Shown here piece by piece: positions 22,101-34,400 of a stretch of 64,000 nt of DNA. The DNA is taken from assembly GCF_000485595.1 (NCBI RefSeq), contig NW_014577085.1, positions 651,494 through 715,493 on the forward strand, given 5' to 3'. The translations under genes and the position numbers were made by a program. Numbering within the stretch: position 1 is the first letter of the stretch; each line of letters starts with the position of its first letter. Below the pieces are notes generated by a model that was not told the origin of the DNA, did not search any database, and saw only the letters and a list, made by a program, of their open reading frames with translations. The DNA is from Priapulus caudatus (lineage: Eukaryota).

Positions 22101-24586
22101 TCAGTTATTCAAGTGTGGTACTAGACAGCCACACTCCATTATTAAACAACAAAAAGATCAATATTGTAATTATCAAAATTAAATGAGCTATACTAGTTTT
22201 TGTTAACTCATCTTGACTAAAACATAGATCGATTAATCAAATTGGATGTGAGGGTAGTGCGTTACATCATGCACACAACGTACCTAACACACTACGCCAC
22301 TTATCAACCTCTGATAAACCTGACTTCTTGCAGTAGCGGTAGGGCTTCAGGCCATAATAAAAATATTGTTTGTTTGCCCTCACCCGATCGACCCACCAAA
22401 AAGGGGCTGACTCAAAAAAAATTATTGACCTTTCCCATTTTTTTTTTTACAAATTGTATTACTGTACATTATATAAATCTATAGACAATACATTATATGT
22501 ACCAAGCAAAACAAACATTCAACATAAAAGGCATCTCCACACAAGCACACCCGTTCTGAATTTGTAAAAAAACACCCCCCCCTAAAAAAAAGCCTACCTA
22601 CCTACCCACCCAAACTTTTCAGCCTGGGTCGGTCGCAGGCAAACAAAGATGTTTTTAATTGAGGCCTTAGTACTAGATTAAAATCATGGGATAAAAAGTG
22701 TTTTTTTTCCAAGATTTCCAGTAGCAGTACGCTGTTGGCCGCAAAAAAACGATAGCCGAAATCTCTTTTCAAATTATGCATAGGTGTCAAGTTACTGCAC
22801 AAAAATATGATGTTAATGCACTTTACCCCCTAGTTTTCTCTACTAGTGAAGTCCTGTGTCAGGGTTAGTCGTGGCTGCGATGATACGCACCACGCGATCG
22901 AGGCGCTTTCTTTGGGCCATTAGCCGCTTACACATGAAGCGGTGGCAAGCAGAAGGAAGAGTGACCACACGAAAGCGCACACGAAAGGCAGTGAAGAGCG
23001 AGAAGGAAAAGCAACAGCACAAAGGGGCACACGAAGTGGTAGGGAGCTGAGAGCAAGATAGACAGTGCAGAACAACCAAGGCAGTAGTGAGGATGCAGTA
23101 ACAGAGACAGCACAGACGAGAATGCAGAGAATAGACGTGATGGAGGGAGGTGAAGAGGACAGGGAGTCACGAGCGACAGAGACGAGCATGAAGTGTCAAC
23201 GACTCAACGCATAGATTGGTAATATTTTATTGTACGCAAACACGATTCTGTGAAGCTGGCCAGCTATTTACGGAAGTGAAATTTTGATTTAGTTGTTACA
23301 TAAGGACTTTTTTTAAGCTCAATCGTGTAATTTGGTTAAATGGTGCGTCGACAATTAATAATTCAACACTTACGATAGCAATAAAATGCTTTGTAACAAC
23401 CTGCTACTTCTGCAAGAAACCTCTGCAAGGTATAACATGAAGTAACCCGACCAGGCTGTGTGACTGACGTCAATATACCGCCTGACATCCATCCATTGGA
23501 AAATCTTGTACCTCTACAAAAACTGCCGAACAATTACGTATATCTCAAATAAAATAATCATCTAAGCATTTCTGCCTTGTTTTGTATTAAGTATAACCTT
23601 CACCTTATAAGTTATAGTATTCCAGCATTGTTATTAAAACTAATACCTCAGTTCGCTGTGCACAGTGTAAATTTCAAGAGCCAAACCGAAATTTCAACCA
23701 ACCGCCATGTTTTCACTGCGCATGCTTTAAATTGCTTTTCGATCGGAACGCGGAAAACCCGAAACGATATAACATACCATAGCGTTGCAACTCACGTTGG
23801 CGCGAGCATAAATAAGCATCATATACTTGTATATATATATAAATATTAAAACATTGAAAACCAGGAAACATCAATCTACAACAACTTGCCGTGTGTTTAG
23901 GCCTACGCACTGTGAAAATCAGTTACATTGTCGATTTTAGTCGCACTGAACATGGCCGACATGGCGGCTGTCTGGTTGTTTTGATCCAATTCATCTCAGA
24001 AAAACAGCATAACTCGATAAATAAGTACCTAGCGCCCAGTAGCGCCCAGTTACCGCGAGCAAGCCAGAGGTTTATAGATTCGTTTGAGCTATTACATGTG
24101 ACGCTAGCTGTGTCGATGGTTGGATACCGAGCCAACTACAAGGATTTATGGGCAAGAATTTGAAACGGTATTCTAACCCTAGCAATACCGTTTCTTGGAG
24201 CTAAACATGAAGGTGGCTTCGTTTATTAGGTAGGTTCTGTGCATGATGTTATACACAACCCGGGGTAATATATAGGTTATCACTGCTATTAATTAACACA
24301 CCTAATGGTACTAGAAAGATTTTTAAGCGGTCACAGCTTTTCGTTTTCAAATATCATATTCATACACGATACATACGTACATGCTGGGTGCGGCCGCCGT
24401 AGAAACACCTATAGGATGGTACATGCAATTTTTAGACATAAATAATCAAAGTATTTACAATTAGTGTAAACTAGAGAAATCGCCTTACTGGTTCTTATAA
24501 TATTGATAACATAGAATACAGGTAATACCTTGAACAGTGCCAAATACTTCGAAGTTCACTGAATAAAGTTTTCCAGCTGCAGCCAT
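10268..24586 (-). CDS. ACYP: Acylphosphatase, 99 aa, 4 coding exons
   Basis: Exons 24586-24529 (58 nt), 13695-13679 (17 nt), 13031-12922 (110 nt), 10382-10268 (115 nt); all GT-AG, phases consistent, 300 nt total. Protein MAAAGKLYSVNFEVFGTVQGVFFRKYTRTKASELRLVGWCRNTSKGTVAGIAQGPKAKLDVLKDWLRYKGSPHSRITSAVFSNEREIETLEFVAFTVKH*. Has the VQGVFFR loop with catalytic Arg, the GWxxN catalytic Asn and WL...GSP.S.I. ACYP1 versus ACYP2 not assignable. Confidence 0.93.
12267..12547. mobile_element. GGCC-terminated MITE with 3-bp TNA TSD (Zator- or PIF/Harbinger-like)
   Basis: ~30-bp TIRs (AGCCTAAAAAAAGACGTTTGTTTCCGCTAAC / GTTAGCGGAAACAAACATCTTTTTTTCTTAGGCC) with TGA on both sides. Confidence 0.75.
14075..14962. 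mobile_element. GGCC-terminated MITE (TSD TAA) hosting a nested Kolobok-like element
   Basis: TIR GGCCAAAACAAAATATAGGTGTGGTTACCGTTTC and its inverted copy. TAA on both flanks. Internal CCGACCGACC and CCTACCTACC motifs are shared with family members at 22350-22666, 44783-48574 and 45576-46374. Confidence 0.8.
14167..14754. mobile_element. Kolobok-like non-autonomous DNA transposon
   Basis: TTAA TSD; TIR AGGAACAGTAGCCTCTAGG / CCTAGAGGCTACTGTCCCT. Confidence 0.75.
15378..16429 (-). mobile_element. Helentron-associated non-autonomous element (HINE/DINE-1-like)
   Basis: Inserted in an A/T run. Terminal palindrome/subTIR, (GTCC)n-like microsatellite, and a second subTIR plus short hairpin at the other end. 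Highly similar to 40072-40892. Confidence 0.75.
16571..17260. mobile_element. MITE with TA TSD (Tc1/mariner-like)
   Basis: TIR CTGTTAGGGTTTGGAGGCG / CGCGTCCGTAACCCTAACAG, flanked by TA. Confidence 0.65.
19060..19414 (-). mobile_element. HINE-like element, second subfamily (partial)
   Basis: (GGAC)n followed by ...CCCATGGCAATAGCTCCGCTTGACGATGTCAAGGTGAGCT-AAAAA. The same end occurs at 36422-36490. Left boundary uncertain. Confidence 0.6.
21014..21905 (-). mobile_element. Internally deleted hAT element with 5-bp TSD, retaining the transposase C-terminus
   Basis: TIR CAGGGTTCTCCC; TATGC on both sides. Minus-strand 21560-21396 reads MRIVKNYMRNRLSESALEALLLLAIEGPPRQEFPFDQAVDCWAAMRQRRVDVTK*, resembling the hAT dimerisation region of ZNF862-like transposases. 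Related copy at 58751-59204. Confidence 0.75.
22350..22666. mobile_element. GGCC-terminated MITE
   Basis: [41 protein letters not shown] with a degenerate inverse; flanks TCA/TTA. Confidence 0.7.
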
Positions 24587-24652
24587 TTTGAAATACTACC
24601 GCCCCCTATCGCGTAGTAAATACATTATTCATTGCTGCCATTTTTAGCTTAT
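24579..24652 (-). promoter_or_regulatory. ACYP start/promoter region with two YY1-like AAAATGGC motifs
   Basis: Minus strand has CAAAATGGCTGC overlapping the ATG and AAAAATGGCAGC ~55 nt upstream, in a locally CpG-richer region. Confidence 0.35.
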
Positions 24653-25504
24653 TATTTATGAAAATTCATACTATAAATAGCGATTTAAAAATACGTCTTG
24701 AGTATTTTTCCATTTTATTCCTTAATAATGTGATAATATATTGCCGTAGTACTAAGATAGTTTGTACAATTTATCGGGAAGTATCCCACACGCTGAAATA
24801 AATTACCGCGCGGGGCGCTGCAAACCGTGTTGCTATCGAGGATCATGTAAATATTTTGAAGCGTTTCCTATCTTCCAGTTTCATTTTAATCTATAAAACT
24901 GTGGTACGTGTACATATTAGTTAAGATTGGAGCATTTGCTATACCGAAGATTTTGCTAAGGTCATCCCGTGCTCCCGTTAGTGAACCAGTCTGTGTTAAA
25001 ACGTAGTACTAGTAGTAGTAGTACTAGTACTAGTAGTAGTAGCAGGAGTAAGATAATAACAAGAGTGCATAATACTAATAGTAATAGAGATGCATCTCTA
25101 TTATGCACTCTTGATAATAATATTAATAGCCTAGGTTCCTATATTAATTTATTATCTTACTCCTGGTAGTGGTAGTACTACTACTAGTACTAAATTATAA
25201 ATAGTAATACTACTAATAGTAATAGTTCTTGTTGACTGGTTTTCTGAAAACCAGATGAGACGGGATACTAGAGAAGCGTTGCCGAAGGAGGTTGTTGACC
25301 CGAAGTGCTGAGGCGCAGATCTTGCGCGCAGTTCCGCGGCAAGGCGCACGGCGGACCGCGGGAACGTCCACGACAGTATCAGCGCTGGCAGCTTATGGAT
25401 CCGTGCGCCGAATGCTTAGGCCGGCGCACGCATCCATAGCTGCCAGCGAACAGTCCACAATTTTAGTGGGGGACACAGAGGGCAGACAAATTTCAAGGCC
25501 TCGC

Positions 25505-27130
25505 AGTGGGTAAAGATATCCACAATAGGAATCCTACCTTCAGTATTCAGGGTGCTGACATAAAGTGTAGTGATGATAGTGTACTACTAGTCCTAGTACT
25601 TGGTGTAACCCTCGATTACATGTTAAATTTTGATGTTCACATATCAAATATTTGTAAAAAAGCCGCTAGGCAAATCAATGTGCTGCGACGCATTGGAAGG
25701 TACCAGGCCTCGAATTAAGCGACGAGAGGGGCAAGGCAATTTTTTAGGGGCATGTGAGAAATTGCCTTGAATTTTCTCTAAAATGGATGGGCACCGAGGC
25801 AATTTAAAAGGCATCAAAGGCAACTCTCACAATTTGAGAAGGGCCCCAAGGCACTTTTGTAAAATAACGGAAAACTCAATACAAATTAATAAACTTTTTT
25901 ACCGTGTATGTACAGACCGTCTCCCGCCCCACATGTACATCGTCTTCCGCCCCATGTAAGCTTACACCGTACACGCGACCCTGTACCCCCTCTGCTAATG
26001 AAGTACAGTAACAGGGTTCACATTAACTTTTTATTTCACTAGACACATCGGGCTTAGTAACTGAGGAAACCACTCAGCCCTGACCTAATTTCACTAGCCC
26101 AGACCCAGACCATTGTTATGAAAAACTTGGTGTCATCGGTATGAATTCTACTAAAATTTCTCTAACATTTACTGCACTTAGCAAGCTATTCACACCGTAC
26201 AGATCACACAGCTGGCCATTCTTGCGGCGAGCGTCGTTCCCGCGCTTTAATCGCGCGCGGGCCGAAATTCATGTGCAACATTTAAATATTCGTGTTAATT
26301 ACCATGGGCATACACAGGCGCAGTGGCGCACGATTTATCGATCGTCTACTGGCAGCGGTTGGCAGCCAAGCCACGTTATTGTTTTGCCGAAGGGTAGACT
26401 GGAATCGGCCTCACGCTTCTGCTAGACAATGTACACGCTCGCGACAAACTGTGGCGGCGCCGAACCAGTCTACGCCAGTGGCACCGACGGCAATTACAGA
26501 AAAAAGGGCAGGCAGGTCACTGCCGTCGGTCGGGTTGGATTTTCAAGGGCAGTATGGCGATTGATAGGGCACCGACGGCAATTGCCGTCGGTGCCGTCGG
26601 TTAATTCGAGCCATGGAAGGTACATACCTACTAGTTGTAGGAAGGTAATTTACCAGTCCTTCATCAAATCAAATTTTAATTTTTGTCCCATTATATGGCA
26701 TTTTTTTGTCCGTGAAGCCAACAGTAAAAAGTTGGAAAAGTTAAACTGTCGTGCTCTACGCCATGTGTATCAAGACTATATATAGCAGTGATTATGAATC
26801 ACTCCTTTTGAAAGACGTGTCTACATCACTAGGCCTACGTAGACAAAGACAGATTGCTGAAGAGGTTTACAAGATCCTAACCAGACACTGTCCATCCTAT
26901 CTGTCAAATTTAATCTCACCCAAAGATATTTGTTATAATCTACGCAGTAAAAATGTAAAGGTCCCACGTTTTAAAACTGTAACATATAGAAAAAAAAGTT
27001 TTTGTTATTATGGTGCCAACCTATGGAATGAACTACCACAATGTTTACGCGATAGTGAAAGTCTCTAAGGTGTTTCAAAACTTTATAAAATACGTGCAAT
27101 GGTACAGAATGCGGTGTGCTCTATGTAAGT
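25505..27130 (+). mobile_element. 5'-truncated, decayed CR1/L2-group LINE ORF2 3' end, split by a hAT insertion
   Basis: LGVTLDYMLNFDVHISNICKKAARQINVLRRIG | RYIPTSCRKVIYQSFIKSNFNFCPIIWHF...KLEKLNCRALR...PSYL...YNLR...KKSFCYYGANLWNELP, with frameshifts. Confidence 0.85.
25704..26615. mobile_element. Non-autonomous hAT element, 8-bp TSD
   Basis: Perfect TSD GAAGGTAC (25696-25703 and 26616-26623). TIR CAGGCCTCGAATTAAGCGACG / CATGGCTCGAATTAACCGACG. Removing it restores the LINE frame. Confidence 0.85.
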
Positions 27131-27265
27131 TACTATAATTTCTTCCGGCATACAGGCATTTTTGTGTACAGGCCTTCTGTCTCACTTCACACTTGTAATT
27201 ACTTTTATTTTATCTTATTGCTGTGTCTCATTTCTCAGCTTGTAATTGTTTTTATTGTTTTTATT

Positions 27266-27856
27266 AGCTCATCTGATGTAGTCGGATGCAGCTTGTAGAA
27301 TCGCATGATCGTCCGTGCGTCCGTGCGTCTGGCCCTCCGTCGGTGTGTCTGTCCGTCAACAGTTGGGCACAAATCTTAACCGCTCGACGTACGGTCACGA
27401 TATTGCGGGACGTGGGGGGTAATCCGAAAACGAGTTGGGATGTCGAAGCTGGAGGTCAAAGGTCATAGGTCAAGAAGTGTAAAAGAAGGGGGAACATTCC
27501 CTCTTAACTTAAGGTTATAGGGAGGAAATGCAGAATTGCGGCACAAATCTAAACGGCTCGACCTAGTGCTCGTGATAGTCGGTGTATAGCATCACGGTAG
27601 GAAAAGCCATCACTGTGCCGAAATATTGGAGGTCCACGTCAAAGATCAATGGGGAACAGGGCAGATTTAGACATTTTTCTGAGGACATTGTGTGACGGAG
27701 CGATTGAAAAACTTTTTTGTTTCAGCGGTGACCTACCATTTTTATGGCTTTATTGAAAGGACCATGAAAGTGTGCTTTCCACTGACGTGCGAAGAGTAAG
27801 TGTCTGATAACCTTTTGACCCTCAAAAGAAGGTTAAACATGGATTTGTTTACTGTT
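27266..27856 (+). mobile_element. HINE-like element, truncated
   Basis: Near-identical to the first ~590 bp of 40072-40892. Confidence 0.75.
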
Positions 27857-27899
27857 AGAAAGAATTTGACTGCCGGGTTTGCTAGTAAAATCTATACAT

Positions 27900-29240
27900 C
27901 TCTACAATCACTACACTCGGCCTAGCCACTGCAGCACACAGGAGCTGGCACGGTGGTTGAAAGCCTCCAGGGCTACAGGGCTCTGGTAATAGGGGGCATT
28001 TAAGGAGATGTCCCATAGTCTGGTCCGCCCCGCATTCACATTCGGTTGGGCCATCTTCAGTGTGTCCCCATTTCTGCATGAGTGCCCTGCATCGACCAAA
28101 CCCTGTCCTGAGGCGATTTAGGCATAACCACATCGGCCATGCCTCGTTGGCTCCAGGTGGGAGGGATTCCTGGGGTCTGAGTGAAAGCTTATGTTGGCTT
28201 GCCTGAAGATGCTTTGACCATTGGGGGGCGATCCTGTAGTGTTGGAGGTTGCCATCCAGGGGTTGAACCGCGTGGATAAAACTGTGCTTGGACTTTAGTC
28301 ATTACTGTACTGGATCTGGATAGTTTACTGCGTATACCACGGTTACGTGGATAATAACGCAGGGACATTCCGTAAGGAATAAACGTCCAGGGCTATAGCT
28401 AGCCGTGAGGTGTGACCTAGCTTGGGTAAAGCCAGGTAGTTAGCCTTTTAGTCGAATGGCACTGAGGGTGGTCACAGCCAGAGTTTTTTTGCACCCTCAG
28501 TGGTTCTTTTACATCCCCATTGGCCTTAGTATTACTGGAGACAGGACCGCCATTTTACGTGGTCATCCGAGCCACGGAAGATTCACAGTCTCCAATGTTG
28601 AGAGCCAGGTTTTTACACCTTGAGAAAATTCACTGCCCCGGCCAGGGTTTGAACTCACAGCCTTCAGTGGACAGTATACGTGGCCTAACCACTGGGCCAC
28701 GAAGGCTCTCGTGATGGACTGTTTCATGATGGAAGAGGGGTGGCGAGGGTCATTTTCTTGGTTAAGTTTCTCTACTTGGGATGAAGCTATTTGTCTAACG
28801 TGTGGAGGAGCAATGCCACAGAGCAGGTAGAGGTCATCTATGTTGGTTGGTCTCAAGCATCCAGAAATGGCTCTGAAGGCAGTGTTCAGAACTGGGTCAG
28901 TTCCTCATTTAGTAGTGGCCAACTTCTTTAGAATACTGTTTCTGGCATCCACTTTGGCATTTGTCTTGATGATGTGATCCTTGTAAGTTAGAGAGCGGTC
29001 TAAAGTAACACTTAGATAGACTGGGCTATAGGTATGTGTCGGCCATTTCTCATACCATTTGACTTTCAGTTGGAAGTTTGCATCCTTGTTCTTTAGATGG
29101 AAGGCACTTATTTGTGTTTTTCCGGAATTGGCTTGTTGATGGTTTGCTGTGTAATAGGTGGTTAGGCCTGCGAGAGCATTGGTGATGGACTGCATTCGGC
29201 TTCGTCAAAGGACTGTTTCTGTGAAGCAATGCAGAAACAC
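27900..29240 (-). mobile_element. 5'-truncated Vingi/Ingi-like LINE remnant
   Basis: Motifs YYTAN...KTQISAFHLKN, PVYLSVTLDRSLTY..H....KV.ARNSILKKL, LYLLCGIAPPHVR and the C-terminal LNRLRTG.GRC...MQKWG...CECG..QT..HL..CP zinc-knuckle-like motif. Contains frameshifts. Clade assigned from motif recall. Confidence 0.75.
28312..28712 (-). mobile_element. tRNA-derived SINE with Nin/Deu-like central domain, inserted in the Vingi remnant
   Basis: Minus strand has A box TGGCCCAGTGG, B box GAGTTCAAACC, then CTCGGATGACCACGTAAAATGGCGGTCCTGTC...GGGGATGTAAAGAACC. Confidence 0.7.
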
Positions 29241-29948
29241 GTGTTATATGTTATATATATGGCTGTACTTGTTATGTGAGCTGTGTCGACTCTTGCCGCC
29301 ATGATACAGAACTGCGGCGAAACGCGTTTTTCGAAGTGTTTTTTTTCCGTTGAGCAAATATAGGCTTCATACATATTTTTACAGTTTTATTTTCAAAGCT
29401 AACGTTCAGTTAAAGTGTAGTGAGTTATTTACTTACGTCTTTACAGTGGTTTATCACAAAAATGTGCGCAGGAATGCATCTTTGATAACTTGGGTTGCGC
29501 TAAATACGGTATTATTGCTTTTATCAGCTCTACTGAAATCTATCATCTGCAGCATTCTCTATCGATTTAAACAACTTTTTTCTATTTTTGTCTTCTGTAT
29601 AATCTCTTGGTCCTTCTATACTAACCCTAACAAGGTTACTCTGCATTATGTGTTGTTATTATGTTGCAATGGGGCATGATTACAGTGGATCAAGGATAGT
29701 TTGGAACTCCCACAAATTCCACAATATGTTTTCGCATATGTGCTACACTAATCTGGGTTGCTAAACTAGGCTTGGGCACTCCCAGGTCCATATTGGTAAT
29801 CATAGCGGTAACGATAACACATTTCTGTAAGATAACACAGTCATATAATATGCTCACACTATACTTTGCTTTTGTCTATAGAGGCATTACAGGAAAAGGG
29901 AATAGAAAACTTGACAGCTACTGTGGTGTTTAACATTGATTGCCAAAC

Positions 29949-31457
29949 ATGGATGAAGATGATCTAGATTTCATGCCACACTCACAAGTACAGAATCAAA
30001 CACGTGTAAGTGGTGATCTGTAACTATAGATAGCTGTTGTGGCTGCATGCTAATATCTTGTGTTTATTCAAAGAGTCATTATTATTGAGTACACAGACTG
30101 CTTTTGCTGCCACACATTCTCTTTCAGGTGAGGGTATACATGAGTCGAAATTAAGTTATGTACGTGTGATTGAGTTTTACTTCTATCTTTATATCTCTCT
30201 CCCCTTCTCTCTCTCACTTCCCCTCCCTCCCTCCTTCCCCTTTTATCACTTTGCCATTATTATTGAGTGCATGCAGACTCCCAGCTATCACACATTGTCT
30301 TTCAGAGATGCATAGTATTCTGATAGTATATATACATAGAGTTCTTCGTAAATACCACTCGCGCATGCGCTGAGTTATCGGCACGTTGCATGCTGGTCTA
30401 GCTGATGATCACGAAAGTTTGCAAACTACGCTAGCGATGTATGTCTGTGCAGTATGTTTGAGAATCAGACAGTAGTGCGTGCGTGCGTGCGCACGTACAC
30501 GTGCGTGCGTACGTGTGCACATACACATGCATGCGTGTGTGCGTGTGCACGTACATCTGCGTGCGTGCGTGTGTGCGTGTGCACGTACACGTGCGTGCGT
30601 GCGTGGGTGCATGTGCACGTACACGTGCGGGCGTGTGCACGTACACGTGCGTGCATGAGTGGGGGCATGTGCACGTACATGTGCGGGCGTGTGCACGTGT
30701 GCGTGCGTGCATGCGTGTACACGTGCGTGCGTGCGTGTGTGCACGTACACGTGCGGGCGTGCGTGTGCACGTACACGTGCGGGTGTGTGGACGTACACGT
30801 ACGTGCGTGCATGCGTGTGTGTGTGCATGCGTGCATACGTGCGTGCGTGTGCACGCACACGTGCATGCTTGTGCACGTAAATACCGCCACCTTTCAATAC
30901 AGGTTGCTACGTACGCTAGCGATATCGTGCTCTCCTCTCCATAGAGGGCGTTACCAGTGATCACTACCTATCCCAGCGTGCAACGCACGAGCGATATTTG
31001 CGAATAACACTATTGAGAGAAGTTAAATTATGTATGTGTGATTGAGTTAATTTAGACCCTCATCCTCTAGGTCTCTCTTTCTCTCCCCCCCCATATCTCT
31101 CTCTCTCTCTCTCTGTCTGTCTCTGTCTCTTTCTCTCCCCCCCCCATCTTTCTCTCTCTCTCTGTCTGTCTCTGTCTCTTTCTCTCATTCCCTCCCCCTC
31201 CATTCCTCTCTCCTCTCTCTCCTCTCTCTCTCTTCTTTCTCATCTCTCCCTGTCTCTCCTCTCTCTCTCCTCTCTCTATCTCCATCTCTAGCTCTCTCGC
31301 TCTTTCTCTCTCCCTCTATCTATATTTCTATCTTTATATAGACTCTATCTATCCATCCATCCATCCATCCATCCTTCCATTTATCTATTTATCCCTCTTT
31401 TCCCATTTCCTCACTCCCTCCCCTCTCTCTTTTATGTTTGTTCTATCTCTCTCTCTT

Positions 31458-31494
<37 letters not shown>

Positions 31495-34400
31495 ATGTCT
31501 GTCTCTCTGTCTCTGTCTCTGTCTCTGTCTCTGTCTCTGTCTCTGTCTCTGTCTCTGTCCGTCTGTCTGTCTGTCTGACTGTCTCTCTCTCTCTCTGTCA
31601 CTCTCTCTATGTCTCTTTGTAACGACTGGCGCGACGTTACACAGTGGAGAGTGTGGAGAGGACGGGGACTGGCATAACGGACGGGCATGACGTTAGATGG
31701 GCGAGAGAGAGAGAGAGAGGTGAGAAGAGTATCGTGCAGATGATCGTGCAGCGTAAGACATTAATCAAAGGCGAACTCTAGCAGTACGGGTACACGATGG
31801 ATCTTTATTCCAACTCCACACAGATAACAGTAAACTCGGAGCAGGCTCGCACAGGCGCGTGACAGATCTGCCCCGACATGAGTGTGCAAACCCTATTTAT
31901 CCTCGTGCACGTGTCTTTCGCCTCCTTTGTCCCGGCGACACATAGGTGATTGCGCCCGTAAAAGCCTTTTCGCTACGACTAATTCCGTTATATTGTTACA
32001 ACTTCTAGTTTAGTTATGCGTCTTTGGCGACACCGCATCCGGTGTGTTGTCGCTGGCCAAGGTACCTGGAGCGCCTATTCCTACATATAACTACTCCTAC
32101 AACTATGTTTTAATTAACTTGGAGTAAACAATGGAGTAGAATTTCCGGCATAATATTGCTCGCTACACTGTCTCCCGATCTGTGTTTTTCTATTCTCTAC
32201 CTGTCTCTTTCGTTGTCCCTCTCTTGCTTCCTCGTTGCTTCATCACTCCTTTTTCCTTGTCTCTACGTCTCTGTTTCTCTTTTTCATGCATGCATGTGTT
32301 TATTGCAACATGTTAGTTGATAAGGTATGTGTGCCTTCATAATAGTATTATACATTGATGCACAGGAGGCGAGGCAGGGTAGAAGAGCAGGGGACCGGCC
32401 TGGGACCGGAGCAGCAGCAGCAGGAGCTGTAAACGGTGCTCTCATGAATGTAAATAAATTATCGTTCGTTAATATCTTGGTTTTATTTTGAAATGGAAAT
32501 CAAATCACAACTACTTGACATAGCCAATGCTCACGTTTCTCACTTTCTCAATTTAACACTAATTGCCAATTTCTTTGGTGATTTTAGGGTGACATTCCGA
32601 CCAGACCAACTAGACGCACTGCAGGATGGAGTGAATCACAAAGGTATGGATATGAACCACTGTAGTTAGGGGCACACTGCTATATATAGTCCAGTGTGAA
32701 ATTTGAGCTTAGAAAGCTGGTCTGTTAGTGTCTGTTACAATTATTGTCATCCAGTACTAGTGGAATACCATATTATAATTTCTTTTCTATGTTGTCACCA
32801 AATTATCGTTAGTTCGGTGTATTTCTGTTTACATGTTATTGTTATGTATGTTTATTTAGGTACCTGGTATAGAATCTAGTAGGTGCATGATGCTTAGTGA
32901 TTCTAATACAATCATTTTTATTTTCTCAACATGTATCTTATTTACAGAAAAAAAGGTGCTGCAGAACCAGAAGAGTATGTACTGATTTATTTTTACTTAA
33001 TAAGTCAAACTAATACATTTACGTAGATATAATTTAATAAAAATAATTTATGACTAGAAATTTAACCCCCGTACATTTTCCCACCTGTATTACAGCTTCA
33101 ATTTTTTGTTCATTTCTATGTAGTGTCGTAAATAAAGCATGACTAAAATAGAAGACACCTCATGAATTCCTGTTAGTTTTCATATACATCTTTTCATTTT
33201 TCTGCCAACTAAAAATATTACAAATAAATAATGGTTTTCTTGTTAATAGTGAAAGACTGAGAGCAAGCTCACCATTAAAGGATGATGAATCAGATGGTGA
33301 GCTGTTATTTGTTGTTTACATTACAAGTTGCTACTCTACCTCCGACTTCTGCTAAACTGTACTATTAACCCAATTTAGTGGTATATGCCACCACAGTTTT
33401 TATTTTAATGTTCGTGGCACCGACTGTTTAAAGAGATAAAATCCTATATAATGAAGAACTTGAAGTTATGATTATAAATATAGCACTATTGATAATTAAA
33501 AATGTTGTAATTATAATATAATCAGGAGTGTCATAATATAGAGGAGCATGACTCACTCGAAACAAGAAATTCAACATTTCCATGCCCTAGTTTACCTATG
33601 ATTTATTACGTGAAACTCAATGAAGATGATATCAGAAGTAGCATTGTACATCCCACTCGCCCTCACACTTTACCATGTATTGATACCTCTTCTTATTACA
33701 CGGGTAGAAATTAACTTTTGAACACGGGAGTCCAACGGACTCCCTACCCTCCAAAAGAGGTAGTCTGAAGCAAAATGAGGGAGTCCGCAGTCTGAGGTTC
33801 AAAATATATGATATTAACAATAACACATGTGCTTATTTTTAAGATTCATGCGGTTGCACGTCTGCCAAATTTTCTTTGGACATTAGCTGAAAAATACGGT
33901 AATTCCGCGAGGCCATGCTCTGGAACAACTAGTCAGTATGGCAGAATTTTCAGGGAGTCACACGGACTCCTACAGTCCGACAGTAAATCAGGGAGTATTT
34001 GACTCCGGACTCCCGTTAATGTCGCACCCTGGTATTATGTAGTTATAGCTTCGAACGTCAGACATCGGTTAAGTTATTCACGTCCTAGTCAAGCGGCAGG
34101 CATTCCCAGCCGATGCAAGTAAACAATTGGCAGCCCGCAGTGCTGTTGAAGAAGTTCAGCAGGAAATTATTTTATATAACTATGTCATATGACATCTGTT
34201 CATCTGTGCTCGCAGCCTTGGCACAGATCAGAGCCAGCGGTCAGAGCCCACTATTGTGAGTTGCAAATCCCTGCCAAACCACGTCAACAGCGCCGCGAGC
34301 TGCCAATTGTTTACTTGCATCGGCCGGGAATGCCTGCCGCTTGACTAGGTTGATAACTAAAACCATGTCTGACGTTTGAAGCTATAACCAAATAATAATA

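Noticed and set aside
22855..23300. Second solo LTR (TGT...GTTACA, purine-rich interior)
   Set aside because: No matching TSD and unconvincing TATA/poly(A) layout; left unclassified.
28620..28712. tRNA gene
   Set aside because: A/B boxes present but no complete cloverleaf; it continues into a SINE body.
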